A stretch of 64,000 nt of DNA from the human T2T-CHM13v2.0 reference genome, Homo sapiens. Both the position numbers and the translations under genes were made by a program. Every line of letters starts with the position of its first letter. The stretch's first letter is position 1. Of the stretch, positions 16,311-29,739 are shown piece by piece. Below the pieces are notes generated by a model. That model worked only from the letters and a program-made list of their open reading frames with translations, searched no databases and had not been told where the DNA came from. The DNA is taken from the NCBI RefSeq assembly GCF_009914755.1, contig NC_060947.1; one strand, given 5' to 3'.

Positions 16311-16419
16311 CCATAGTACAGGTCTGCTGGTAGAATTAGTTGTGATCAGGTTAGGATCATTGTCGTGTGTATAAATGTTTCTTCTCATTCATATTAGTCA
16401 AGGAGACCCCCAAATAAAT

Positions 16420-16800
16420 AGAATCATAGAATGTACAAGTTGAATACAGCATCAGACCATTTAGTGTATGGATAGGAAACTGCGATTTAGGGAGGAGAAA
16501 TAGTCACACAGCAAAACAGTGGTAGAGCGAAGACTAGAATTCGGGACTGCAGACTTCCTCTCTGCGATTAAGACAGCCTTAGGCAAAACCTTCCGGAGGC
16601 ATAATAATTACGATCTCTAACATAATCAGTGTCAAGTACTATTTTATGTAGATATGTACATTTTATCTTCTGACGTAAGTAATATTATCTTCTTCCCTGT
16701 TCAGAGAAACCTGATGCTCAGAGAAGTTAATTAGCTTGTACAAGAATAAAAGTAGGCAGGTAATCAAGATTTAAACATAGGAGCCTAATTCCAAATTTAC
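16420..16800 (-). mobile_element. MIR/MIR3 fragments
   Basis: aatcatagaatgt...ggataggaaactg...gtcacacagc; agagaaacctgatgctcagagaagttaattagcttg. Confidence 0.5.
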
Positions 16801-17269
16801 AGACTAATGAAATAACGAATATCTGATACAGTGGGTCTAAGAAAATAGGGATTATTGGCAACTGGAGTGTGCATGGTCCACCAAAAGACATTGAAATTCA
16901 AGTTTTTAAATTAGTGTACTGGTCAAACAAAATTAATTAGTGAGCCATATCCAGCCTACTGGCAGCCAGGTGGCAGCCTTTATACTACTTCTCAGTAGGA
17001 ATTTTAGTGAAAATTGAATGTCTGGATTATGGCAACCATTAGAGGTCTCATCTCATGAGAAAGGGAAAGGCTTATAAACATTTCCTAATGTATGAAAATA
17101 GGTCTATAGACCATTTACATCATTACCACCATTCCACATACTGTAGCTGTATTTCTTCCAGTTTTTTTAACCTTCTGAAGTCCTAATCAATTTATTTTAA
17201 TGTCGAAGATATTAAGTGAGCACATCATTTGTTGTGGTTGTTGTTATTGTTTCTGTTGTTTGTAACTTT

Positions 17270-19180
17270 CTGCTTCTGGCCATGACAAAGTAATTGGAGT
17301 TCAACTTGCCTTGTTGACATAAATAATAAGAAAACCAGCAGGGAGAGGGGAATAAATGAAACCTGTTATCAGATATTGGACAACCAGCAGCACAAGACCA
17401 TAATCCCTGAGAAAAGGGAAACAAATAAGGTGAGCCCAATGTTCACCCTAACTTTCTACATGAAGGCAGTTTCCAGACTGTGGCATAGTGGGTGGTAACA
17501 CAACTAGAGCACAGTGGTCTCCCTGAGTTGAGAAGCTAGATCAGAATTTGAGGAGGCTGAAATGGCTGGGAATTTTGCAGGAGAGTATTAGAGAGGCCAT
17601 AACTATAGAGAGAAAAAGCTCCAGAAAATTGGTTAAAAATTCTCTTGAGTGTTTGGTCAAATAAAAAGCTGCATATACATATAATGAAATTCAGCAATGC
17701 CTGGTAAAGACAACTACCAGGGACTGTAATCTATTTCTCAGAACTCACACAGAGGTACATGGAACTAAAATTCCAATTAGACAGATTAGAAATATCCTTG
17801 TTACATTCTCAGGCATTCAGGAGAGTGAGATCCCCAAAGAATCAAGTCTTAATTGTAGTACCAAACTATCCCTAGAATGAAAGCCACTCCAGATCTGCCC
17901 TGGCAAAGCTTTAAAACAAACCTAGAAGGGGCTGACATCACTGGAAATAGCAAATTAGGAAACTCGAGGGCTCTATTACTCCACAAAAGCAACTGATGAG
18001 CTGAAGATAACCATCAGAATCAACTTTTGCAAAATTAGGGAATTTAGGAAAAAACTTAAAACAACCAAAAAGAGGCTTGAATAAATAAGCTGTTGTTTTG
18101 CAGTAAAGGAGCGCTATGGAATGTTGAATTGCTACCTACCATACCCCACACCTTAGATTAGTAGTGGCCGTGAGGGCAAAAGCTTATGTTCCTGATGCAA
18201 GTTGCTACTGCCAGAGGGAGCACAACAAACCCTATTCTCAAAGAATTGTGTTTATGGGTTTTCCACCTCTCTGGCAACTACTTGACCAGTGCAAGGGTTT
18301 GCCTTTGTTTCCTCTCAATCAGAATTTTAATGGTTGAGGTGGCTTCATGGGCAGCTTTTGTTGAAAAGATTTAAAGGTACAAATATTGGTCACAGCACAC
18401 CAGGGCAAGGGACAATAGTCAGGACAAGCAAAAGACTGAAAAGCCTGGAAGGAAGAGTCTGTGAGAGGCAACACATAGAGGAATAAGGACGTTTTAAAGC
18501 TCCCTGGGAAATTAAGAAGTCCACATGCATCCTCAGAGCTTGACACATGCTCAGAAAAGGCCTGAGAAGACACTAAGCTTTCACCTCTGGCTGACATTTG
18601 GGCTCCACACAAGCAGGATATGATAACTAAAGCAGGGTTGTAAAAAGCCTGCCTAAGTTTTGAAGGAGTACCCCAAAACAGGCCAATCTGCAAAGAGTGA
18701 GAGTATTTTTTTTCTTTCTTTCTTTTTTTTTTTTTTTGGCTTTAGTTGTTTAAGAAAACTATGTTTAAAACACTAGCTGGCTGCTAAGCTGACAAAACAC
18801 AGTATTCACTGGCTACACAAGAAAAAGAATTCAGAATTTACAAACTTAGTTTAGAAAAGTCACTAAACAGGCTAATACCAACCCACAAAAAGCAGCAACA
18901 ACAAACTCTGTAGAAGGGAGTGAACCTAAGTTCCAGGGTTACCACATTACAATATGCAAAAATTTCAGGTTTCAACAAAAAATGAAGAAGTATGCAAAAA
19001 AAAAATATGGTCTATACACAGGGGAAAAAAGGAAAAAAAATGTCTGTAAGGAAGCTCAGATATTGGACTCATTCGAAAAAAAATTAAATCATCTGTGCTA
19101 AATATGCCTAAAGATCTGAAAGGAACAGTATACAAAACTCTAAATATAACCACCAGAACAATGTCTCACTAAATATAGAA
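17270..19180 (+). mobile_element. Ancient L1M 5' regions and ORF1 start (probably two nested elements, second from ~17930)
   Basis: L1M-type 5' sequence (ttctggccatgacaaagtaa; cctagaatgaaagccactccaga; ccagggttaccacatt) leading into ORF1-like A-rich sequence. Confidence 0.55.
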
Positions 19181-20587
19181 TATCTCTCCTGTACAACCAG
19201 TAAGTCAAAGAAGAAATCAAAAGGGGAATTTTTAAGTATCTTGAGAAAAGTGACAGTGGAAACACAACATATCAAAATCTATGTGATTCAAGAAAAGCAG
19301 TTCTAAGAAAGAAGTTTATAGCAATAAATGCCTAATTTTTTAAAGGATATTAAAAATAAATAAGCTACCCTTATATCTCAAGGAGATAGGAAAAGAAGAA
19401 CAAACTAAACCTAAAGTTAGCAGAAGGAAGGAAATAATAAAGATCAGAACAGAGCAAAAAATCATGTAGCAGGAAAACCATAGGAAAAAATGATAATCCT
19501 GTGAGTTGGTTCTTTGAAAAACTAAAATCGGAGGCCCTAGCTAGAATAACAAAGAAAAAAAGACATGAGACTCAAATAAATAAAACCAGAGATGAAAATG
19601 GAGACATTACAACAGATACCTCAGAAATAAAAAGGAATATAAGGGAGTATTATGAACAGTTATATTTCAACAAATTGGATAACCTAGAGGAAACAAATAA
19701 ATTTCTAGAAAAATATAACCTACCATGATTGAATCAGGAAGAATTAGAAAGCTCAAACATGTCAATAACGAAGAGACTGAAGAAGTAATTTTAAACCTTT
19801 CAAAGAAAAGCCCAGGGACATATTATTTTATGGCTGAATTCTACCAAATGTTCAAAGAAGAATTGTTACCAATAATAGTTTTTAAACTCTTTCAAAAAAG
19901 AGAGCTACAGGGAACACTTTCAAGCACATTTTATGAGGCCAACATCACCTTGATACCTAAACCAAAAAAAGACACCAAAAGAAAACAAAACTGCAAGCCA
20001 ATATATTTAATGAACATTGATGCAAAAATTCTCAATGAAATATTAGCAAATCAAATTCAATATATAAAAAACATTATACATTGTGATTATTTGAGGCTTA
20101 TGTCTAGCATGCAAGGCTGCATTAACATATGCAAATCAATGTGATACATTACATTCACCAAATATAAAACTCACATTATCATCTCAATTGATACAGAAAA
20201 ATAATTTGACAAAATTCAGCATCCTTTCTTGATGAAAACTTTTAACAATTTAGGTATAGAAGGAAAATCCTTCAACATAATAAAGGCCATATATGAAAAA
20301 CCTACTATAATCAATGGGAAACAACTGGAAAGTTTTTCACTAGGATATAATACAAGGCAAAAATGCCCACTCTCACTACTTCTATTTATCATAGTATTAG
20401 TAAGAGCAATCAGACAAGAAAATGCAAAAAGGCATTCAAATTAGAAAGAAATGAAAGTATATCTGTTTGCAGATTACATGACTTTAAATTTAGAAAATCA
20501 TAAAGATAAAAAAGCCTGTTAGAATTAATAAATAAATTCGGTAACATTGCAGATACAAAATCAACATAGAAAAATCAATATTATCTC

Positions 20588-20914
<327 letters not shown>

Positions 20915-21020
20915 TCACTATTATCTCTATACACAAATAATGGCCTAGCAGAAAAATAAATCAAGAGTGCAATCCTATTTACAATAGCATCAAAAAATTA
21001 AAATACTGAGGAATAAATTT

Positions 21021-21321
21021 TATTTTTATTATTATTTTTTTTGACAGGGTTTTACTCTGTCACTCAGGCTGGAGTGCAGTGATGTGATTATGACTTACTG
21101 TAACCTCAACTTTCTGGCCACAAGCAAGCCTCCTGCCTCAGCCTCCTGAGTAGGTGGGACTACAGGAATGCACCATCACACCTGGCTTTTTTTTTCTTCT
21201 TTTGTAGAGACAAGGTTTTGCTATGTTGCCCAGGCTGGTCTTGAACTCCTGGCCTCAAGCAGTTCTCCTGTCTCAGCCTCCCAAAGGGCTGGGCTTAAAG
21301 GAATAAGCCACCATACCCACC
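21021..21321 (-). mobile_element. AluJ
   Basis: Antisense dimer with AluJ-type ctcctggcctcaagc; flanking aggaataa direct repeat. Confidence 0.9.
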
Positions 21322-22965
21322 ATAGGAATAATTTTTTTAAAAAAAAGGAAGTGAAAGATTTATACACCTAAAACTATAAAACTAATATTGTTGAAATAAA
21401 ATAAAGAAGGCATGAATAAATGGAAAGATATCTCATGTTCATGGATAGTAAGAATGAATATTATTAAAATGTTCATATTACCCAAATCAATATGTAGATT
21501 TAAGGTAGTTTCTATCAAATCTCCATGTTGTTTTTCATAGAAATAGAACAAAATTCTAAAATTTGCATGGTACCATAAAAATCCCTGAATAACCAAGAGA
21601 ATTCTGAGAAAGAAAATCTAAGTAGGAGGCATCATAATTTCTGATTTAAAATTATATTGCAAAACTATAGTAACTAAAATAGTATGGTACTGGCATAAAA
21701 ACAGAAATATAGACCAAGTGAATCAGAATAGAGAGCCCAGAAATAAATCCAAACACATATGATCAACTAATTTTTGATAAGAGCACCAAGAGGACACAAT
21801 GAGGAAAGGAGAGTGTTTTCAATAAATGGTGTTGGGAAAACTAAATTTCAACATGCAAAAGCAAGAAATTGGGCCCTTAACTTACAACATACACAAAAAC
21901 GATTCAAAATGGATAAAAGACCTAAATGTAAGACCTGAAATTATAAAATTTCTAGAAGAGAACATAAGGAGAATAGTCCTTGACACTGGCATTGGCAATC
22001 ATATTTTGGATATCATACCAAAAGCTCAGACTTCTGGTGCAAAAATAAATAAATGGGACTACCTCAAACTAAAAAGCTTCTGTGTAGTAAAGAGAATAAT
22101 CAACACAATAAAAAGCTAACCTACAGCCTGGGAAAATATTATTTGCAAACCACATAACTGATAGAGGGTTAAAACTGTACAACTCAATAGAAAAAAAAAA
22201 TGCATGAACAAAGTGAGAATTTTAACAAAGAGATAGAAAATATTAAAAAATACAAAACATTCTCCTCTTGGCATTGGCACTGACTTCTGGAAGAGTCATG
22301 AAGGCAATAGAATTATACCACTATTTTATGGCTGGCTGGAATCCATGTCCATCTATCCTTTCCAAGCCCATGAAGACCCAGCCAAGTTTGTCAGGCCTCA
22401 GACCATGGCATCCTGGAGCGCCATCCCCACCAGGACTGCTGGAGGCTACAGGAAATGTTCCTATAAAGACTGAAAAGTCATTTCAGATCAATTTGGGAAA
22501 CATCTACATGGCAAAAGAGGTTGCTAATGCTCTTAGAACAAGCTTGCAACCAAAAGGAAAGGATAAAAAAGTAAAAATAGAAAAGGTGATATGACCATTA
22601 CATATGATGCTGTTACCATTGTGAAACAAATGTAAGGGTTACATCCAGCAGCCAGAATCCTAGCGGTGCTGTCTAAGGCTCCAAGATATAGAAGCCGGAG
22701 ATGACCACATCAGTGGTCATTATTGCTGGATCTCTCTTATATTCTTATAATAAGCTTCTTCAGAAAAGAATTCATCTAGCCATCATCTCTGAGTCATTCT
22801 AGAAGGCTTTGGGAAATGGTATTAAAATTATAACTGACATGTCTTAACATATGGAAGTAAATGACAAAGAAACATTTTAAAATAGTACAACCAATTTATT
22901 GAACTCAATGCTTATTATTCAGCATTCCAGTTTAATTTCTCCAATGAGTGTAAATACAGTGATTA

Positions 22966-23206
22966 AAAAGGGTGGCATTCTTCACATTTTAGAAGAAATT
23001 ATTGCCCAACCTCTGTTGGTTTCAATTGTTGATCTGACTTTGGCAGCTGAAAGTCTCTCAGGCATTCTGAAACTGGATGATATGGTAAACATTTAACATT
23101 CTGGATAACACTGGCTGACTGTTCTGTTGTGGCCACTAACAGTGTGACTTCAGTGGAAGAAGAGTATCTTGGTTATCCTTGATTTTGACTTTACAGATGA
23201 TATGGA
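22966..23206 (+). repeat. Internal templated duplication in the CCT4 pseudogene (copies of 24417-24637 and 24286-24306)
   Basis: Direct alignment: 221 bp with ~11 mismatches, plus a 21-bp exact patch. Confidence 0.93.
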
Positions 23207-23455
23207 TCTAGCCACAGCTACCACTGTGGATCTTAGGGATATTAAAATAGTTAAGTAACTTGGCAGGACAATTGATTGCAGTGAGTTAGTGAAAGGGATT
23301 ATCACCCAAAAGGTGGAAAATTCTGGGATAGCCAGAGTTGAAAAGGCTAAAATTGGGCTTATTCAGTTTTGCTTCTCTGCTCCCAGAAGAGATGGATAAT
23401 CAAATAGTTTCAGACTTACCCACGTGGAACAAGTGCTGTGAAAAGAAAGAGCCTA

Positions 23456-23764
23456 GGCCGGGTGCGGTGGCTCCTGCCTGTAATCCCAGCATTTTGGGAG
23501 GCCAAGGCGGGCAGATCACAAGGTCAGGAGATCGAGACCATCCTGGCTAACACGGTGAAATCCCGTCTCTACTAAAAATACAAAAAACTAGCCGGGCATG
23601 GTGGCGGGTGCCTGTAGTCCCAGCTACTCAGGAGGCTGAGGCAGGAGAATGGTGCGAACATGGGAGGTGGAGCTTGCCATGAGCCGAGATCCCGCCACTG
23701 CACTCCAGCCTGGGCAACAGAGTGAGACTGTCTCAAAAACAAAATAAAAATTAAAAATTAAAAA
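23456..23764 (+). mobile_element. AluY inserted in the CCT4 pseudogene
   Basis: gagatcgagaccatcctggctaacacggtg and ggagcttgc diagnostics; perfect 15-bp TSD aaaagaaagagccta 23441-23455 / 23765-23779. Confidence 0.96.
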
Positions 23765-24799
23765 AAAAGAAAGAGCCTAATACTAAATTTAGTAAAAAAA
23801 AAAAAAAACTGGAGATAACATCCTGCTCACACAGAAGTCTCTTCTAATTGGTGCTCTTAGTGATCTTGAATTACACTTTCTAAACAAAATGAAGATTATG
23901 GTGATTAAGGATATTGAAAAAGAAGGCATTGAATTTATTTGTAAAACAATTGGAAACAAGCCAGTTGCTTATATTGACTAATTCACTACTAACATGCTGG
24001 GAGCTGCTCCTTTAGCCAAAGGGGTCAATTTAAATAGTTCTGGCAAATTGCTTAAGACTGCAGGCTGTGCAGGCCCTGGAAAAGCAGTTATAGTTGTTGT
24101 TCATGATTCTAATAAACTGATGATTGGAAAGCTAAATGCTCCATTTATGATGCCCTCTGTTTTATTTCCTATTTAGTGAAGAATAGAGCTCTTATTATAA
24201 GATATGGTGCTCCAGAAATCAGAGTAGCTCTAAAATTACCTGAATATTCCTGAATATTGAGAGGTATAGAATCCTACTGCATTTATGACTTTACAGATGA
24301 TATGGAGGTAACTTCATTTACACTAGCTAAAAACACTGGCCTGAATCACATTTCTTCATTAGCAGAAATAGGAAATCAATATCTACAAGAAGTAAATACT
24401 GTAGGCATTACTGTCCAAAAGGGTGACATTCTTAACATTTTAGAAGAAATTATTGCCCAACCTCTGTTGGTTTCAATTGGTGTTCTGACTTTAGCAACTG
24501 AAAGTCTCTGAGGCATTCTAAAACTGGATGATATGGCAAACACTTAACATTCTGGATAACACTGGCTGACTGTTCTGTTATGGCCACTAACAGTGTGACT
24601 TCAGTGGAAGAAGAGTATCTTGGTTATCCTTGATTTTTGGAATGATATTTTCTCTATGAATTTCCAGGATTGGTCTTCCAGTTAGCACTTACTTGAAATT
24701 ATATTGACACAATCTAAAGAAAAGATTAAGTGTTTAGTTCCAAAATTTTAAAAGAAATGTAGCAAACAGTTCCAAAGTTTTAAAAAGAAATGTATCAGA

Positions 24800-25400
24800 T
24801 AGACATCTGGGAGCTGAAGCATACAATAACTGAACTGAAAAATTCACTAGAGAGTTTCAACAGTGGACTAGATCAAACAGAAGAAATGCCAGTGTAGTAG
24901 AAGACAGATCATTGGAAATTATCCTGTCTGAATAGAAAAAAAAAGGAAAAGAGTAAAGAAGCTTAAGGGACTTGTGGCACATGATCAAACAAGCAAATAT
25001 ATGCATAATGGAGTCCCAGAAAGAGAAGAGAAAGAGAAAGGAGTAAAATTTTTATTTAAAGGCATAATGGATAAAAACTTCCCAAGTCTGGAGAAACAAA
25101 TGGCCAGTCAAGTCCAGGAAACTCACTGTGTCCGATATGAGATGAACCCAAAGACATCCACAGTAAGACACATTATAATCAAATTGTCAAGTTAGAAACA
25201 AAGAATTTTGAAAGCAGCAAGACAAAAATGACTTGTGACAAAAAAGAAAACCCATAAGATAATCAGGGAATTTCTAAGCAGAAACATTGCAAAACATAAG
25301 GGAGTGGAATGATAGATTCAAAATACTGAAAGGAAAAAAAACTTGCCAAATATGGATACAATGCCTGCCAAAACTAAACTTCAGAAATTAAAAACAGGAG
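24800..25400 (+). mobile_element. L1M ORF1 remnant (host of the pseudogene)
   Basis: GVPEREEKEKG...KNFPSLEK...VRHIIIKLS; continues the ORF1-like sequence at 22201-22259. Confidence 0.8.
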
Positions 25401-26219
25401 TAACATCTTCAAGATGGCTGACTAGAGATGCCTTGTATTCATCTTCCTTACCCAAGAAGGGAACACAGCAATTAATAAACAGCTAAGATTTTACTGCAGT
25501 GTCAAAGGAGATTGTTGGAGTGTAGCAGGAGAGTGGAGATGCAGCTGTGGTTATTGGAAGTATAGGAGGGCAGAATGGCATCACCCAGTCTCTGCAGCTT
25601 TGTCTCCCCCACTCAGACTGGATCTTCCTGGAGTCAGGAGGGACTCCCCATTGTGGGGAAAAAGTAAGCAGAAGATCCTCATTACTCCCCATTTCTACTG
25701 CAAACACCTACAGTCCTTACAATAGGGGAATTCCACAGTCCTTGCATGTCCTGGGCCAAGTTTGCAGAGTTGCTGAGAATTCATGCAGCTGCATTGCCCC
25801 AGATTAGGAGCCCAGGATGTGCACTTCCCATGCTCTGTGAGCTAAGCTGCAGCAGCTCAGCACCATTTTGAGACCAGAGCCTAAGTGTAGCCTGCTCTAG
25901 GGGCCAGTAGCTACTGCATATCTCCAGCACTGAGGCTCCATCTTTATTACTCCAAGCCCACATGGGTAACTGAATGTCACAACCCCAGCTGTGTGGAGCC
26001 TGAGTCCAAAATAGGCTTTGACTCTGGTTCTACACAGCAAGAAAACCAACCCCCATTGCCACACTTCTATCAAGAGCTGCAGTCCCACACATAATGAACC
26101 CACTCTTGAGCCAGACACACAGCTGCCTACCTAACCCCAAGCAGAAGAGACTTCTGAACCTCCAAGAAGCTGATATGCCCGTGGACCAGTGAAGTGGCTA
26201 TGTGCTCCCACTCAGAACC

Positions 26220-27035
26220 TGATAAACAGCCCCACAGCCCCACAGCACCCTCCCCACTCAGACACACTCCTATCCTGTCCAATGGCCATGTGCCCCCAAT
26301 AAGGGCCTGAAAAACAGTCCTACAGGTTACCTCTTGCAGGAAGTCCCCCAGTCTGGCCAAACATCCAATAACCTATGTCCTGGACCTAAGAAACAGCCCC
26401 GAGGGACTGTTGGCAGACAAGCTCCAGGCCAATCAAGCAGCCTACCACCTACATCCAAGACCTGAGAAATAGATCCTTGGGCCATCCCTGGTAGACACAC
26501 CCACAGGCTGGCCAGCAGCAGTGTATCCATATTCCATGACTGAGAAACAATCCTAGAGGCTGCCTGTGGTGGACACATCCTCAGATTACTCAGGCAGCTC
26601 TGTGTCCACATCCAAGGACTATAAGATGGCCCTGTGGACTACCTTCTATAGAAATGCCCCACTGGCCAGCTAAGCAGCTGTGCAACTGTGTCATGGGTCT
26701 GAGAAAAACAACCCTCTGTTCACTTCAGGCAGACATGCCTTCAGGCTGGCTATGTAGTCTTGAACCCATGTTCCAAGCCAGAGAAACAGCACGATAAGCC
26801 ACCACTGGCCTATAAGCCCCCAGGCCAGCCAAACAGCCTTCAGTCCAAGTGCCAGAACTGAGAAACAGCCCTGCAGGCTGCTCCTGGCAGTCATGTCTCT
26901 AGGTAGGTCAAGCAACTGTGTGCCTATGCACCCAATCAGAGTAATAGCACCATGTCCCAAGTGCAGTGAAACAGGCTAAAGTTGACTGACCCACTATCTT
27001 CATGCATGTATTCCTTACCTGAGAAATAGTTTAGC
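26220..27035 (+). repeat. Degenerate ~79-bp tandem array in L1 5'UTR
   Basis: tgagaaacagccc-like anchors at ~26220, 26308, 26388, 26463, 26541, 26621, 26700, 26781, 26859, 26938, 27020. Confidence 0.75.
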
Positions 27036-29739
27036 AAGCTTATGCCTAGCAAGCTGCCCAACTTCCACCACAAACTCAGCCTAAGCAACTGAGAAACTCA
27101 CAGATGCTAGTAGTTTGAATTACAGCTGAAGAAATTACAGAGGCCACACTACTGTGTCCACCTGGAAGAAAGGTGAGTGCACTTCGCAAAACCAACACCT
27201 CAAGACCCATTTATACAAATCTCTTTTCCTACAAAATGTACTCCATAAAATTGGAAGAGACAACTTTTACACCAGATGCGTGAAAATCAACATAGGGATA
27301 CATCAAACATGAAGAAGCCAAATAATATGAAACGTCCAAAGGAAAAGAATAATTCTACAGACTCCAATCATTGGAAAATATACACGATTTCAGAAAAAGT
27401 ATTCAAAATAATAATCTCAAGGAAACTCAATGAAATACAATAGAATGCAGTGAGACAATTCAATAAAATCAGGAAAACAATCCATGATTTTAATGAAAAA
27501 TTCAACCAAGAGATAGATGTAGAGAAAACCCAAATAGCAATTCCTCAGTGATTAATTCAATGAATTAAGTAACAAATACAGTTAAGAGCTTCAACAACAG
27601 ACTAGACCAAGCAGAATAAAGGTTTTCTGAACTTGTAGATAGGTCTTTTGAAATAACACAGGCAGACAAAAAAGCAAGAAAAATGAATAAAAAAGAATTA
27701 AGAAAGCCTACAGGATTTATAAATTACCATTAAGTGAACAAATATTTGTATTATGGGTGTTTCAGAAAGAGAAGGGAAAAGCTGAGGAAAACATATTGAA
27801 TGAAATAATAGGAGAAAACTTTCCAAATCTTAGGACAGATATGAACATCTATGTCCAGGAAGCTCAAACAACCCCAAATAGATTGAACCCAGACAGGTCC
27901 TCTGCAAGACACATTAGAGTCAAATTGTCAAACATTAAAGAAAAAGAAAGAATTATAAAACCAGCAAGAGAAAAGCATCAAGTCACATATAAGGGAATCT
28001 CCATTAGACTAACAGTGGATTTCTCATCAGAAACTTTACAGGCCAGGATAAAGTGAGATGATATATTTAAAGTGTCTGGCAGAAAAAAAAACTATAAGCC
28101 AAGGATTTTATTTCCAGAAAAGCTATCCTTTGGAAATGAAGGAGAAATAAAATATTCCATAGACAAGCAAAAACTAAGGAAAGTCATCACTACTAGACTA
28201 GTTTTAAAAGAAATGCTCAAGTGAGTCTTACATCTGGAAACTATAAAACTCACTGGTAGAGCTGAACACAAAGGATAAAGGAAAAGGAATCAAACCTTAT
28301 CACTACAGAAAGAAACCCAACTTCAAAAATAAATAATAGGAGAGTGAGTAAAGAGCAAAAGGTGAGACCACAATCAATAAAATGACAAGCACAAGTCCTC
28401 ATCTATCAATAATAACCTTGAATGTACATTTCTCATTGAAAAGATATACATTGGCTGAATGGATGAAAAAACAAGACCCAACTATATTCTGACAAGAAAC
28501 TCACCTCATCTGTAAAGACACACGTAGACTGAAAGGGAAGAAATGGAAAAAGGTACTACATGCAAACAGAAACAAAAAGCGAGCAGAGTAGCTATAATTA
28601 TATCAGACAAAATTTATGTCAAGAAGATTTAAAAAGAGACAAAAAATGAGTTATATAATAATAAAGAGATCGATTAAGAAAGAGAAAATAACAGTTGTAA
28701 ATATATGTGTATCAACACTGGAGCCCTTAAGTATATAAAGCTAATATTACTAAATCTAAAGAGAGAGATAGACTGTAATACGGTAATAGTTGGGGAGTTC
28801 AACACCCTAATGTCAGCATTGGACAGACCATTTAGACAGCAAATCAACTAAGATACATCAGATTTAAACTGTAACATACACCAAATGGACCTAAGAGACA
28901 TTTACAAAATATTTCACCCAATAGCTGTAGAATACACATTATTTTAATCAGCAAATGGAACAATCTACAGGATTGGCCATATGTTAGGACAGAGACAAGT
29001 TTCAAAAAAAATTTAAAAAATCAAAATCATGTCAAATATATAATCTAATAACAATAAAATAAAACTAGTTATCAATAACAAGAGGAACATGTGAAATGAT
29101 ACAAGTGAATGGCAGTTAAACAACATGCTTTTCAATAAGCAATGAGTGAAGGAAGACATTAACAAATATAAAAATTTTTTGAAACAAATGAAAATAGAAA
29201 CACAAGATACTAAAACCTATGAAAAATAGTAAAAGCAATATTAAGAGGCAAGTTTATGGCAATAAATTCTCACATCAAAAAACTGGAAAGATTACAAATG
29301 AACCATTTAATAATACACTTCCAGTAAATAGAAAAACAAAAGTAAACAAAATCCAAAATTAGTAGAAGGAAGGAGCTAATACAGATTACAGCAGAAATAA
29401 ATGAAATTGACAATAAAGAATATAAGAGATCAATGAAAGGAAAGTTGTTATTTGGAAAAGGTAAACAAAATTGACAAACGTTATTTATAGAATAAATAAG
29501 AAAAAAAATGAAAGAAGACCTAAATAAAATCACAAGCTAAAAGAAGGCAACCCAACTTCAAAAATAAATAATATCCATCACAATAGATAACATTGTGTTA
29601 TCAACATTGTGTGTGATCCATCACAATGGATAACATGAAAATACAAAAGAGTATTGAAGACTAATATAAACAAATACATGCCAATAAATTTGAAAAACTA
29701 GAGGAAATGGATAAACTCCTGGACACGTACAACACATTC

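Larger units (their letters stand above)
22260..24745 (+). pseudogene. CCT4: Processed pseudogene of CCT4 (T-complex protein 1 subunit delta), disabled
   Basis: Intronless similarity to CCT4 mRNA: 5'UTR, degenerate start (agg at 22393), VANALRTSLQPKGKDK ~ [54 protein letters not shown], and 3'UTR; many stops and frameshifts; sits inside an L1 ORF1 remnant. Confidence 0.93.

Noticed and set aside
22268-22594. 108-aa ORF as a novel CCT4-derived protein
   Set aside because: Non-ATG start, the CCT4 start codon is lost, only the end is in the CCT4 frame, and there is no expression evidence
26220-27035. CRISPR-like regularly spaced repeats
   Set aside because: Eukaryotic context, degenerate repeats, mutually related interiors and no cas genes; it is an L1 5'UTR array
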